Positions 45,546 to 54,804 of a stretch of DNA of 64,000 nt are shown one piece after another; position 1 is the first letter of the stretch; every line of letters starts with the position of its first letter. The notes under the pieces are model-generated. The model saw nothing but the letters and a program-made list of their open reading frames with translations, did no database searches and had not been told where the DNA came from. Source of the stretch: Spirochaetia bacterium (GTDB taxonomy: Bacteria > Spirochaetota > Spirochaetia > CAKZLE01); NCBI GenBank assembly GCA_963677595.1, contig OY782041.1:448001-512000 (forward strand), in the 5' to 3' direction. The position numbers were made by a program, and so were the translations under genes.

Positions 45546-45566
45546 ATATTACACAGGAGGTAGCCC

Positions 45567-47459
45567 ATGTATGTCTCCGTTATCCCAGAACACGCAACCG
45601 GCAAGCATCTGATGCAGTACGTCACAAGTACCCGCAAAGGGAAAAAGACTAAGAAAACCACGGAGGAAACCATCGGCTATGTCGAGGACTTCCTTGATCG
45701 CTATGATGACCCGGTCGCTCACTTCAAAGCAGAGGCCAAGCGGATCACAGCAGAGCGGAAAGCTCAGCAGAAGACTATAGGGGTTGAACTCCAACCCGAT
45801 GCACGGCTTCCCTTCGATCCGGATACCCACAGCTTCTCCCGTGAATTCAACATCGGCCATGCGGCGATCAGTCAGGTATTCCACACCCTTGACCTCCACA
45901 CCTTCTTTGATCGGCGCCGGATAAAGCTTGATGTGCAGTTCAATCTGACCGCTGTCATGAAACTCCTCATCTATGAGCGTATTCTGGCTCCTGCCTCCAA
46001 ACGCGCTACCTGGAAGTCTCGAAGGCGATACTTTGACAAGATGGACTTCAATCTCAATGCGGTATACCAGACCCTTTCTCACATCAACCCCTGGACTGAT
46101 GACCTGATCGCTCACCTGCATGCGAAGATGGTAGAACTCTATGACCGGGATACCACCCTCATGTACTATGATGTGACCAACTACTACTTTGAGATCGACG
46201 AAGCTGATGATTTTCGCATAAGGGGAATCTGCAAGGAGCACCGTCCGTTACCGATCGTGCAGATGGGGCTGTTCATGGATGAACAGGGCTTCCCGGTGTC
46301 CTTTGACTTGTTTCCCGGTAATGTCAATGACTGCCTGACCTTTGAAGCAATGAGCGAGCATGCCAGAACCCTGTTTGAGGCCAAGCATCTGATCTTCGTA
46401 GCTGACAAGGCCATGCTCACGGGGAACAACATCGCAGATGTGATCCTCCATCATAACGGGTATGTCTTCAGCAAGTCGGTACGGGGCGGGACGAAAAAAC
46501 TCAAGCAGGCGGTCAGGGATCCTCATGGCTATCTGCGGTTTGCGGAAGACGGGAAGCTCATTGCGCCTGGTGACAACGAGACGGCAGTCTGGTCCAAGTA
46601 CAAGATCCTTGATGAGCAGAAACCCACCTATGTGACGAACACGGACGGCAAGCGGGTAGCCTCCTCAGGTGTTGGCCACTACCAGATCATCTATTGGTCA
46701 CGTGCGTATGACAAACGAGCCAAAGCGCAGCGGCTGGAAGCGGTAGAGCATGCGCTTGATGCATCATCACGGCAGAGTAAGGAAGTCATCGACAGTAACT
46801 ACGGGAAGAACAAGTATCTGATGACCATGGTCTATGATCCCCAGACCAAGAAGTATACCGACAACTATAAGGCCAAGACGGAGTTTGATGCTGCCAAGCT
46901 TGAAGAAGATGAGTCGTTTGACGGATTCTATGTCATTGAGACCAATGTGACGGGGCTCAGACCGTTTGTCGATGCCAGGGGACATGAGACCGGTGAACTC
47001 GAGCCTGCGTTTGCCACACCTCACCGCTGGCTCAAAGAAGAGGGCATGCTGCAGCTCAACCGGCCGATTGGCCCTCTGGATATTATTACGATGTACCATG
47101 GGCTGTGGAAGATCGAACAGTCCTTCAGGGTCACCAAGAGTGAGTTGGATGCCCGTCCGGTCTTTCTGTCTTTAGAGGATCGAATTCATTCCCACTTCCT
47201 TACCTGCTTCATCGCTCTGCTCATCCTGCGTATCCTGGAGCATGAACTCGATCATGAATTCTCAACAGAGCAGATAGGGACTTCCCTGAATCAGGCGAAT
47301 GTCGCAGAGATCACTGGGGCAACGTACATGACTTTGCAGTACGATGAAGTCCAAAAGGCTTTGAAGGAAAAGATGGGAATCCCGTTCGGCATGAATGTAT
47401 ACTCGAGAGCTGCGATCAAGAAGATGATCGCTGAGACGAAAAAAAACCGGAAACGGTAG
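45567..47459 (+). CDS. IS1634-family DDE transposase
   Basis: YYDVTNYYFE, GICKEHR..IVQMGL, FVADKAM, LWKIEQSFRVTKS and ARPVF..EDRIHSHFLTCFIAL motifs. Confidence 0.92.
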   Translation: MYVSVIPEHATGKHLMQYVTSTRKGKKTKKTTEETIGYVEDFLDRYDDPVAHFKAEAKRITAERKAQQKTIGVELQPDARLPFDPDTHSFSREFNIGHAAISQVFHTLDLHTFFDRRRIKLDVQFNLTAVMKLLIYERILAPASKRATWKSRRRYFDKMDFNLNAVYQTLSHINPWTDDLIAHLHAKMVELYDRDTTLMYYDVTNYYFEIDEADDFRIRGICKEHRPLPIVQMGLFMDEQGFPVSFDLFPGNVNDCLTFEAMSEHARTLFEAKHLIFVADKAMLTGNNIADVILHHNGYVFSKSVRGGTKKLKQAVRDPHGYLRFAEDGKLIAPGDNETAVWSKYKILDEQKPTYVTNTDGKRVASSGVGHYQIIYWSRAYDKRAKAQRLEAVEHALDASSRQSKEVIDSNYGKNKYLMTMVYDPQTKKYTDNYKAKTEFDAAKLEEDESFDGFYVIETNVTGLRPFVDARGHETGELEPAFATPHRWLKEEGMLQLNRPIGPLDIITMYHGLWKIEQSFRVTKSELDARPVFLSLEDRIHSHFLTCFIALLILRILEHELDHEFSTEQIGTSLNQANVAEITGATYMTLQYDEVQKALKEKMGIPFGMNVYSRAAIKKMIAETKKNRKR

Positions 47460-47554
47460 GGACGTACTACAAGTTTTTTTAGCCAGGTGCTGACCTATTG
47501 TGTTGTATTGCAATAGGTTAGCGCCGTCATTTCCTAAATTGGTAAAAACACAGG

Positions 47555-48131
47555 CTATAACACCATATTAGGAGAGTCAGGAATGCTTGTCAAATGGTTT
47601 TTCCGGAGGTTCTTCCCTTTAACAGAAATCACGCAATTCAAAGATATCCTTGCCGTGCAGCCGCATGCGGACGATCTTGACATCGCGCTCGGCGGCACGA
47701 TCGCCATGCTCGCAGAGAGGGGGGCGAGGATCACCTGCGTAACGGTCACCGATGATATCGGACAAGGTCCTGAGGGCACGCAGAGTATACGTCGCAAGGA
47801 GCAGGAGGAGGCAGGGAAGATATCGGGAGTGAGTGACTTCATCTGGCTTGGGTACCCCGATGCGGGGTACTGGGACGAGGAGGCCTTGCGGAGGGATCTC
47901 ATGAGGATCATGAACAGGGTGAAGCCGGACCTCATCCTCTACCCTGACCCCACCCTCACCTTCGAGGCCCATCCAGACCACCTGAAGACCGGGAGGGCAG
48001 CCGCCGCAGCCGCCCTGCTCTTTCCCTATTTCTCGTCCGACGGAGCGGCTGCCGTCCCCCCGCCTGCCGGGGAGAGTACCATGGACTCAAGGGTGACCGT
48101 CGGCATGTACTTCTCCGACAAGCCGAACACC
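47555..48131 (+). repeat. Right copy of 577-bp direct repeat
   Basis: Starts immediately after the right IR; matches 44820-45396. Confidence 0.93.
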
Positions 48132-48344
48132 TTCATCCGCTGCGGGAAGTACCGGGGGCAGAAATACCGCGCGATCGCGAAGCATTCCTCACAATTTGAT
48201 GAAAAAGGATTCAAATCCCTCAGGTTGTATGATACCTTTCATGGTAGGTACACCGGTCTTTTTCGGGGTTCGCCATATGTGGAAGGGATAAAAGTCCTGC
48301 CGGCGACCCTGCTGCACTGTATACCTGAAGCGAGTAGGTATTAA
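47583..48344 (+). CDS. PIG-L/LmbE family deacetylase (intact copy)
   Basis: QPHADD, RRKEQEEA, HPDH and KHSSQF motifs. Confidence 0.88.
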   Translation: MLVKWFFRRFFPLTEITQFKDILAVQPHADDLDIALGGTIAMLAERGARITCVTVTDDIGQGPEGTQSIRRKEQEEAGKISGVSDFIWLGYPDAGYWDEEALRRDLMRIMNRVKPDLILYPDPTLTFEAHPDHLKTGRAAAAAALLFPYFSSDGAAAVPPPAGESTMDSRVTVGMYFSDKPNTFIRCGKYRGQKYRAIAKHSSQFDEKGFKSLRLYDTFHGRYTGLFRGSPYVEGIKVLPATLLHCIPEASRY

Positions 48345-48373
48345 TAAAGTCTGATCATAAAAACTGGAGTGTT

Positions 48374-49006
48374 ATGAGCCCGCAGGTTACTTGGCTTGGC
48401 CATGCATCATTCAAGATATCCGGATCGAAGACCATCTATATCGATCCATGGCGGATCGAAGGATCCCCGCAGGATGCCGACATAATCCTCATTAGCCATA
48501 ACCATTATGACCACTTCTCCGTCTTCGACATCGAGCGGGTCGAGCACAAGAGGACCATCCTCTTCGGGCCGCTCTCCGTCATCGAGGAACTTCACCGGGG
48601 GAATCCCTTCAAGCCGTGGGACCGTGCCGCCGGGGGGAATACCGAGATCCTCGGGACCCCTGCGTACAACCCCAGGAGCCCCTTTCACCCGAAGGCCAAG
48701 CAGTGGCTCGGATTCGTCATCTCCATGGACGGGAAGATCATCTACTTCTCAGGTGATACCGACCTGGTCCCGGAGATGGCTGACCTCCCCGGGGGGATCG
48801 ACATCATGCTGGTGCCGGTCAGCGGGATCCATGCCATGAACCCGAAGCTGGCGATCAAAGTCTGCGACCTCATCAAGCCGAAATACGTCATCCCCTACCA
48901 GTGGGGTGATACCATTGGCACCATCGAGGATGTTGACTACTTCTGCGAGTATGTGACATCGAGCAAGGCGATCAAACTGCTGCCCGGCAACTCGTTCAAC
49001 CCATGA
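48374..49006 (+). CDS. Metallo-beta-lactamase-fold hydrolase
   Basis: WLGHASF, SHNHYDH and YFSGDTD motifs. Confidence 0.85.
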   Translation: MSPQVTWLGHASFKISGSKTIYIDPWRIEGSPQDADIILISHNHYDHFSVFDIERVEHKRTILFGPLSVIEELHRGNPFKPWDRAAGGNTEILGTPAYNPRSPFHPKAKQWLGFVISMDGKIIYFSGDTDLVPEMADLPGGIDIMLVPVSGIHAMNPKLAIKVCDLIKPKYVIPYQWGDTIGTIEDVDYFCEYVTSSKAIKLLPGNSFNP

Positions 49007-49087
49007 GAGAAAGGAGGACACACCTGCGGTGTACGGTTCAGACCACGTCACTTTACAGGCTTCACGGCAGGTGGTAGCATACAGGTA

Positions 49088-50380
49088 ATGAAGACACTCA
49101 TACGCAATGCGACTATCATCCCGATGGCAGGGAGAGACGCTCACAGCCTTTCCGGCAGTATCGGGATCACTGACAGCCTCATCTCCTTCGTCGGGGATGC
49201 CCCTGATGATTTCAGACCCGACACCACCATCGACGGGACCGGCTATATCGTCATGCCGGGCCTCGTCAACGCCCATAACCACCTGAGCATGACGCTCCTG
49301 CGCAACTATGCCGATGACATGGATCTGTTCACCTGGCTCAACGAGAAGATCTGGCCGGTGGAAGCGAAGCTCACCAAAGACGACATCTACTGGGGCTCCA
49401 TGCTGGGAGCCGCTGAACAGATACGCAGCGGCATCACCTCCTTCGCCGACATGTACTTCCACCAGGAGGAGACCGTCAAGGCGATCGCTGCCGCGGGGAT
49501 CCGTGGAAGCATCAGTGCGACCTTCTTCGGCGACCGAGATGATACCGATTCCAGGATCTCTGAGACGATCTCCCTCCATGAACGGTACCACGACAGCAGT
49601 GACGGCAGGATCTCCATCGACATCGCCCCCCATGCCATATACACCTGTACAGACTATACCCTGCGCAAGAGCGCCGAGATCGCAACCCAACTCGGGTGCA
49701 GGATCCATACCCATATCTCCGAGAGCCGCAAGGAGCACGAGGAGTGTATCGCCAGCCACGGCATGACGCCCCTTGCCTACCTGGAAACGATGGGCCTCCT
49801 CGAGCTTCCTGTCTATGCCGCCCATGCAGTCTACCTGGACGATGATGACATCGCCCTGGCAAAGAAGCATAAAGTATCGCTGGTCCACAACCCCACGAGC
49901 AACCTGAAGCTCGGCAACGGGTTCGCACCGGTCGAGAAGTTCCTCGATGCCGGCCTCACCGTGGCACTGGGGACTGACGGAGCCTCGAGCAACAACAACC
50001 TCAACCTCTTCGAGGAGATGCATATCACCTCCTTGATCCATAAGGGATTCTCCGGGGACCCGACCATGCTCAGCGCCTATGAGGTCCTGAGGATGGCCAC
50101 GATCAACGGGGCCCGTGCCCTCGGCATCGACGGACGTACCGGTTCGATCGAACCGGGCAAGGAGGCGGATCTCATCCTGATCGACACACGGGTACCGCAC
50201 CTGCAGCCGGTAGGAGACCCGGTATCAGCTGTCGTATACAGTGCCCAGGCCTCTGACGTGGATACGGTCTTCTGCCAGGGAAGGATGCTGATGCAGGGGA
50301 GGAAGCTGATGACCCTTGATGAGGAGGAGATCATCACCAATGCCGCAGCTGCCGCTGCGAGACTGACACGGACACCATAG
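49088..50380 (+). CDS. mtaD: 5'-methylthioadenosine/S-adenosylhomocysteine deaminase
   Basis: NAHNH, LRNYADD, APHAIYT, HISES, SNLKL and GTDGASSNN motifs; adjacent to mtnA. Confidence 0.82.
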   Translation: MKTLIRNATIIPMAGRDAHSLSGSIGITDSLISFVGDAPDDFRPDTTIDGTGYIVMPGLVNAHNHLSMTLLRNYADDMDLFTWLNEKIWPVEAKLTKDDIYWGSMLGAAEQIRSGITSFADMYFHQEETVKAIAAAGIRGSISATFFGDRDDTDSRISETISLHERYHDSSDGRISIDIAPHAIYTCTDYTLRKSAEIATQLGCRIHTHISESRKEHEECIASHGMTPLAYLETMGLLELPVYAAHAVYLDDDDIALAKKHKVSLVHNPTSNLKLGNGFAPVEKFLDAGLTVALGTDGASSNNNLNLFEEMHITSLIHKGFSGDPTMLSAYEVLRMATINGARALGIDGRTGSIEPGKEADLILIDTRVPHLQPVGDPVSAVVYSAQASDVDTVFCQGRMLMQGRKLMTLDEEEIITNAAAAAARLTRTP

Positions 50381-50392
50381 GAGAAGGTACCG

Positions 50393-51466
50393 ATGAGAGA
50401 ACTGAGCGAGAACTTCGAGACACTGGCATTCACGGACGGGAAGCTGGTCATGCTTGACCAGAGGAAACTCCCGACGGAACTGACCTACTACACCTGTAAC
50501 GATTACCGGGATGTGGAGTTCGTCATACGAGACATGGTCGTCCGGGGGGCCCCGGCCATCGGGGCGACAGCCGCCTACGGCTTCTACCTTGCCGCAGTCG
50601 AACTCGCCGGGGTCGAGGATGACCAACAGTTCATGCAGAAGCTCCAGGAAGCCAGCGATTTCATGGAAGACGCACGCCCCACGGCAGTGAACCTCCGGTG
50701 GGCCCTGCGCAGGATGATGAAGAAGACCGGGGAGCTCCTTGGAAGTCCCCGGGAGGAACTACTCTCCCAGCTGAAGACATTGGCAGACTACATCAAGCAG
50801 GAAGACATCGACATCAACCGCCAGATGAGCCGCCACGGCAATGAGGTCATCGGGCAGAACGCCACGATCCTCACCCACTGCAATACCGGGGCCCTCGCCA
50901 CCGCCGGCTGGGGGACAGCCCTCGGGGTCATCAAGGAAGCCTATGTCTCCGGCAAGGACATCTTCGTCTATGCTGATGAGACGAGGCCGCGACTGCAGGG
51001 TGCACGCCTCACTGCCTGGGAGCTCAAGCAGGCAGGCATTCCCTCGAAGCTCATATCGGACAGCGTCGCCGCGACCCTGATCAGGGACGGGAAGATCGAC
51101 TGCGTGATCCTCGGCGGTGACCGGGTAGCGGCGAACGGCGATGTCTGCAACAAGATCGGGACCTTCATGCTCTCGGTCATCTGTAAGATGTACGGGGTCC
51201 CCTTCTACAGCGTGGTGCCTGTCTCCACGATCGACTTCGAGATCGAGACCGGGGAGGAGATCCCCATCGAGGAGCGTGATGCTTCCGAGGTCACCCACGT
51301 CAGGGGCATGCAGATCGCACCGGACGGTATGGAGGTCTATAACCCCGCGTTCGACGTGACTCCCCACCAGAACATCACCGGCATCATCACCGAGGTCGGG
51401 ATCATCCGACCGCCCTACCGGGAGAACATCGAGAAGATCAGGAAGGCATATGCGGAGAAGCAGTGA
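50393..51466 (+). CDS. mtnA: Methylthioribose-1-phosphate isomerase
   Basis: MVVRGAPAIG, RPTAVNL, THCNTGALAT, DETRPRLQGARLT, NKIGT and NPAFDVTP motifs. Confidence 0.95.
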   Translation: MRELSENFETLAFTDGKLVMLDQRKLPTELTYYTCNDYRDVEFVIRDMVVRGAPAIGATAAYGFYLAAVELAGVEDDQQFMQKLQEASDFMEDARPTAVNLRWALRRMMKKTGELLGSPREELLSQLKTLADYIKQEDIDINRQMSRHGNEVIGQNATILTHCNTGALATAGWGTALGVIKEAYVSGKDIFVYADETRPRLQGARLTAWELKQAGIPSKLISDSVAATLIRDGKIDCVILGGDRVAANGDVCNKIGTFMLSVICKMYGVPFYSVVPVSTIDFEIETGEEIPIEERDASEVTHVRGMQIAPDGMEVYNPAFDVTPHQNITGIITEVGIIRPPYRENIEKIRKAYAEKQ

Positions 51467-52659
51467 TGGATAAAGAAACAAGACGTATCGCGACCGACCT
51501 GGTCCATGGAGGCGGGGAGACAGCAGGGGATGCATCCAAGGCCCTCAACCCGCCGATCTACATGACCTCGACCTTCACCTTCGACTCGATTGGACATGCC
51601 GACGAGGTCATGTCCTTCGCAAGCGACGACTATGTCTATACCAGGGGGAACAACCCTACCCTGCGCCTCTTCGAGGACCGCATGAGCATTCTCGAGGGAG
51701 GGGCCGCATCGGTTGCCTTCGCATCTGGGATGGCCGCGATCTCTTCCACCCTCCTCGCCCTGGCCTCCCCGGGAGATACGGTACTCATCCACCGGACGCT
51801 CTACGGCTCTTCCTACACACTGGCGACCCACCTCCTGCCGAAATGGGGGATCTCCTATATCGCAGCGGACCTGCGGGATACCGAAGCAGTGCGGAAGATC
51901 TGTTCGGGGAACAGGATAGCCGCGGTCTACTTCGAGACCCCGGTGAACCCGGATCTCGCAATCATCGATATCAAGGCAGTTGCGGATGCAGCCCATGCAT
52001 ACGGTGCACAAGTCGTGGTCGACAACACCTTCGCCTCTCCCTGCCTGCAGAACCCGCTCTCCCTCGGTGCGGATGCGGTCCTGCACAGTACGACGAAATA
52101 CATCTGCGGTCACGGTGATGCCCTTGGGGGCGTCGTCACCACCACGAATGAGGAGCTTGCTGCTACGATCAAGTTCGGCTATATGTGTGAGCTCGGCGGG
52201 GTCATGAGCCCCTTCAACGGATGGCTGATGCTGCGGGGACTCAAGACCCTCCAGCTGAGGATGGAACGTCACTGTTCAAATGCCCTGTGGGCAGCTGAGC
52301 ATCTTGCATCACACCCGAAGGTACGCCAGGTCTTCTATCCCGGGCTGTCAGGCCACCCTGACCATGAGCTTGCCGCCAGGCAGATGTCAGGGTTCGGGGG
52401 GATCATCAGCTTCGAGGTCGATGGGTACCTGAAAGCAGCTGCCCGCTGCATCGATAGCTTCTCCATGGCGAAGATCGCCGTGAGCCTCGGTGACTGCGAG
52501 ACACTGGTCCAACTGCCTGCAGCGATGACCCACCGCGGCTATGACCGGGACCGGCTCGCGGAGGCAGGCCTCACTGAGAGCATGATCCGCCTCTCGATCG
52601 GTATCGAGGACATCGATGATATCATAGATGATATAGAGAGGGCCCTGGAGGCCGTCTGA
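51466..52659 (+). CDS. PLP-dependent trans-sulfuration enzyme (methionine gamma-lyase-like)
   Basis: YTRGNNPT, FASGMAAI, VDNTF, HSTTKYICGHGD and AVSLGD motifs. Confidence 0.85.
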   Translation: MDKETRRIATDLVHGGGETAGDASKALNPPIYMTSTFTFDSIGHADEVMSFASDDYVYTRGNNPTLRLFEDRMSILEGGAASVAFASGMAAISSTLLALASPGDTVLIHRTLYGSSYTLATHLLPKWGISYIAADLRDTEAVRKICSGNRIAAVYFETPVNPDLAIIDIKAVADAAHAYGAQVVVDNTFASPCLQNPLSLGADAVLHSTTKYICGHGDALGGVVTTTNEELAATIKFGYMCELGGVMSPFNGWLMLRGLKTLQLRMERHCSNALWAAEHLASHPKVRQVFYPGLSGHPDHELAARQMSGFGGIISFEVDGYLKAAARCIDSFSMAKIAVSLGDCETLVQLPAAMTHRGYDRDRLAEAGLTESMIRLSIGIEDIDDIIDDIERALEAV

Positions 52660-52678
52660 CCTCCAGGGAACAAGAGAA

Positions 52679-53584
52679 TCACTTTATCTCGGATACCTTC
52701 TTCAGGGATGCCACGATCCCTGCAATGTCCGAGAGGTTCGTGGGGATCACGATAGAGTTGGACTCCTTGGCGATCTTCCCGAATTCCTGCAGGTACTGTT
52801 CGGCGATCCGCAGGTTCACGGCATCGGAACCGCCATCCTTGGAGATCTCCCTGGCGATGAGGCTCAAGCCGAGGGCTGTAGCCTCAGCGATACGCTGGAT
52901 CTCCTGGGCACGCCCTTCCGCCTCATTGATCCTCTTGATCTTCTCACCCTCGCTCCTGAGCTCGATCTCGCGCTTGGCACCCTCTGCGACGTTCACCTTT
53001 GCCTGCTTCTGCCCCTCTGATTCCGCGATGACGGCACGTTTCTCACGTTCTGCACGCATCTGCTTCTCCATCGCTTCCTTCACGCTCTGCGGGGGCATGA
53101 TGTTCTTGATCTCGTATCGGGTTATCTTCACACCCCAGGGGTCAGAGGCCAGGTCCACGGCCTGGACGATCTCGGCATTGATGTTGTCCCGCTCCTCGAA
53201 GGTCTTATCGAGCTCGAGCTTACCGATGATACTCCTCATCGTCGTCTGCGCGATCTGGGAGGAGGCGAAGACATAGTTGTCGATCCCGTAGGAGGCCTTG
53301 TCCGGGTCCACTACCTTCAGGTAGAGGATGCCGTCCACTTCCACGGCGACGTTGTCCCGGGTGATGCAGGTCTGTGATTCCACATCGATGGCGACCTCCT
53401 TGAGGGTGTGCTTGTAGGCGACCCGGTCCACGAAGGGGACGAGGAAGTGGAGTCCTGCCGTCAGTGTCGCCTGGTACTTCCCCAGGCGTTCCACGATGAA
53501 TGCTGACCTCTGCGGTACGATCCGTATATTCACCATGATGAGGATCAGGACCAGGACGATCAGTGCGATCAATGCGTATGTCAT
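52679..53584 (-). CDS. SPFH/stomatin-like (paraslipin) protein
   Basis: VERLGKY, CITRDNV, AQTTMRS and QMRAEREKRA motifs. Confidence 0.93.
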   Translation of the reverse strand: MTYALIALIVLVLILIMVNIRIVPQRSAFIVERLGKYQATLTAGLHFLVPFVDRVAYKHTLKEVAIDVESQTCITRDNVAVEVDGILYLKVVDPDKASYGIDNYVFASSQIAQTTMRSIIGKLELDKTFEERDNINAEIVQAVDLASDPWGVKITRYEIKNIMPPQSVKEAMEKQMRAEREKRAVIAESEGQKQAKVNVAEGAKREIELRSEGEKIKRINEAEGRAQEIQRIAEATALGLSLIAREISKDGGSDAVNLRIAEQYLQEFGKIAKESNSIVIPTNLSDIAGIVASLKKVSEIK

Positions 53585-53623
53585 ACGTTTTTCTCCTACT
53601 TATAAAAATATGTTGTGTTGTGC

Positions 53624-54049
53624 TTATGCTTTTCTCACGGTAAGGACCAGCCCGTCCCTCCCGGTGACCTCGGCCTTCTCCCCGGCAGGGATCATCTCGG
53701 AGGATTCTGCCTTCCAGGTAGTCCCCCGGAGGAAGAGTGAACCGGCATGGCCGGGACGGATCTCAGCGGAGACCTCCCCGGTGAGACCGACTAAGGAATC
53801 GGCGGTAAGGTCCTTATCCCCAGAACCGCGTCTCCTGCTGACTAAGAATTTCCTGAGGAGGATCAGCGAGAGGACAGAAGAGACTAAGAAGATCCCCAGC
53901 TGGAACTCGATGGAGAACGGGATGATCAGAAGCAGCAGGGCTGCCACCCAGGCCCCCACACCGAAGAAGATCACGATGAGTCCGGGGATCACGAACTCCA
54001 GGATCATCAGGACGATACCTGCAATAAACCAGACCAGGGACGCACTCAT
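53624..54049 (-). CDS. NfeD family protein
   Basis: N-terminal TM segments plus OB domain (GTTWKA); upstream of the SPFH gene. Confidence 0.88.
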   Translation of the reverse strand: MSASLVWFIAGIVLMILEFVIPGLIVIFFGVGAWVAALLLLIIPFSIEFQLGIFLVSSVLSLILLRKFLVSRRRGSGDKDLTADSLVGLTGEVSAEIRPGHAGSLFLRGTTWKAESSEMIPAGEKAEVTGRDGLVLTVRKA

Positions 54050-54224
54050 TACTCAACTCCTCTCGATAATCGTCTGTAGAATCTATCAAAGTTCAGTATA
54101 ACAGAAAACAGGCATATTGCCAGTGAATACTCACTGAGAACTATTTGACCTGGAGAGGAGCTGCATACTATACTTTTTGCCGGAGAACCTTCTCCTGATT
54201 ATGAGCTATAAGGATAAAAAGTTG

Positions 54225-54803
54225 ATGAACATACGAACGATCGTACTGACAGCCCTCTTTGCTGCACTCATCGCGACAGGCTCCTATATCGCCATCCCGA
54301 TGGCACCTGTCCCGATCACACTCCAGACATTCTTCATCCTCTCAGCAGGCCTGATCTGCGGGAGGAAGGTCGGTACCGGGTCCGTCCTGGTCTTCCTGAT
54401 CGCGGGAGCGATCGGGCTCCCCGTCTTCTCCGGCGGCACCGGGGGGATCGCCCACCTGGCAGGGCCTACCGGAGGCTACCTCTTCGGCTACCTGCTCAGC
54501 GGACTTATTGCAGGTACCTTCTCCGACCTGGCCAGGAAGGTCCCCAGGAAGGACGATTCCAAGGAAGAAGCCGGGAGCGGCGTGCTGGTACTCCTCATCA
54601 TCGGCGGGATCGCCGCTGCCTGTTCAGTCTACCTCATCGGCCTGCCATGGCTGAAGGTCAACCTTGACTTCACCTGGACAAAGGCCTTTGCTGCAGGGAT
54701 GATCCCCTTCCTCATCGGTGATGCGATCAAGACAGCTGCGGCGATCATGCTGGCACGAGTCCTCTTCCGGCGGATCGATGCCTTCCTGAACCAGGGAGCA
54801 TGA
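54225..54803 (+). CDS. bioY: Biotin ECF transporter S component
   Basis: PVPITLQT, GLPVFSGG, GPTGGYL and PFLIGD motifs. Confidence 0.92.
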   Translation: MNIRTIVLTALFAALIATGSYIAIPMAPVPITLQTFFILSAGLICGRKVGTGSVLVFLIAGAIGLPVFSGGTGGIAHLAGPTGGYLFGYLLSGLIAGTFSDLARKVPRKDDSKEEAGSGVLVLLIIGGIAAACSVYLIGLPWLKVNLDFTWTKAFAAGMIPFLIGDAIKTAAAIMLARVLFRRIDAFLNQGA

Positions 54804-54804
54804 G

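Larger units (their letters stand above)
45397..47554 (+). mobile_element. IS1634-family insertion sequence, 2158 bp
   Basis: Terminal IRs CCGGTCTTTTTACCA / CCTGTGTTTTTACCA (13/15); single transposase; appears lower in GC than the host. Confidence 0.92.

Noticed and set aside
47439-47482. A8 run (A AAA AAC) at the transposase 3' end as a programmed frameshift
   Set aside because: The -1 frame stops about 11 codons later; there is no second ORF to fuse.
47508-47561. Hybrid promoter from an IS -35 box and the duplicated TATAAC
   Set aside because: TTGGTA is only 11 bp from TATAAC and TTGCAA is 21 bp from TAAATT; no good hexamer at 16-18 bp.
54050-54224. BirA operator upstream of bioY
   Set aside because: No TGTAAACC-N14-16-GGTTTACA-like site; only a short CAGTGA-atac-TCACTG palindrome of unknown meaning.
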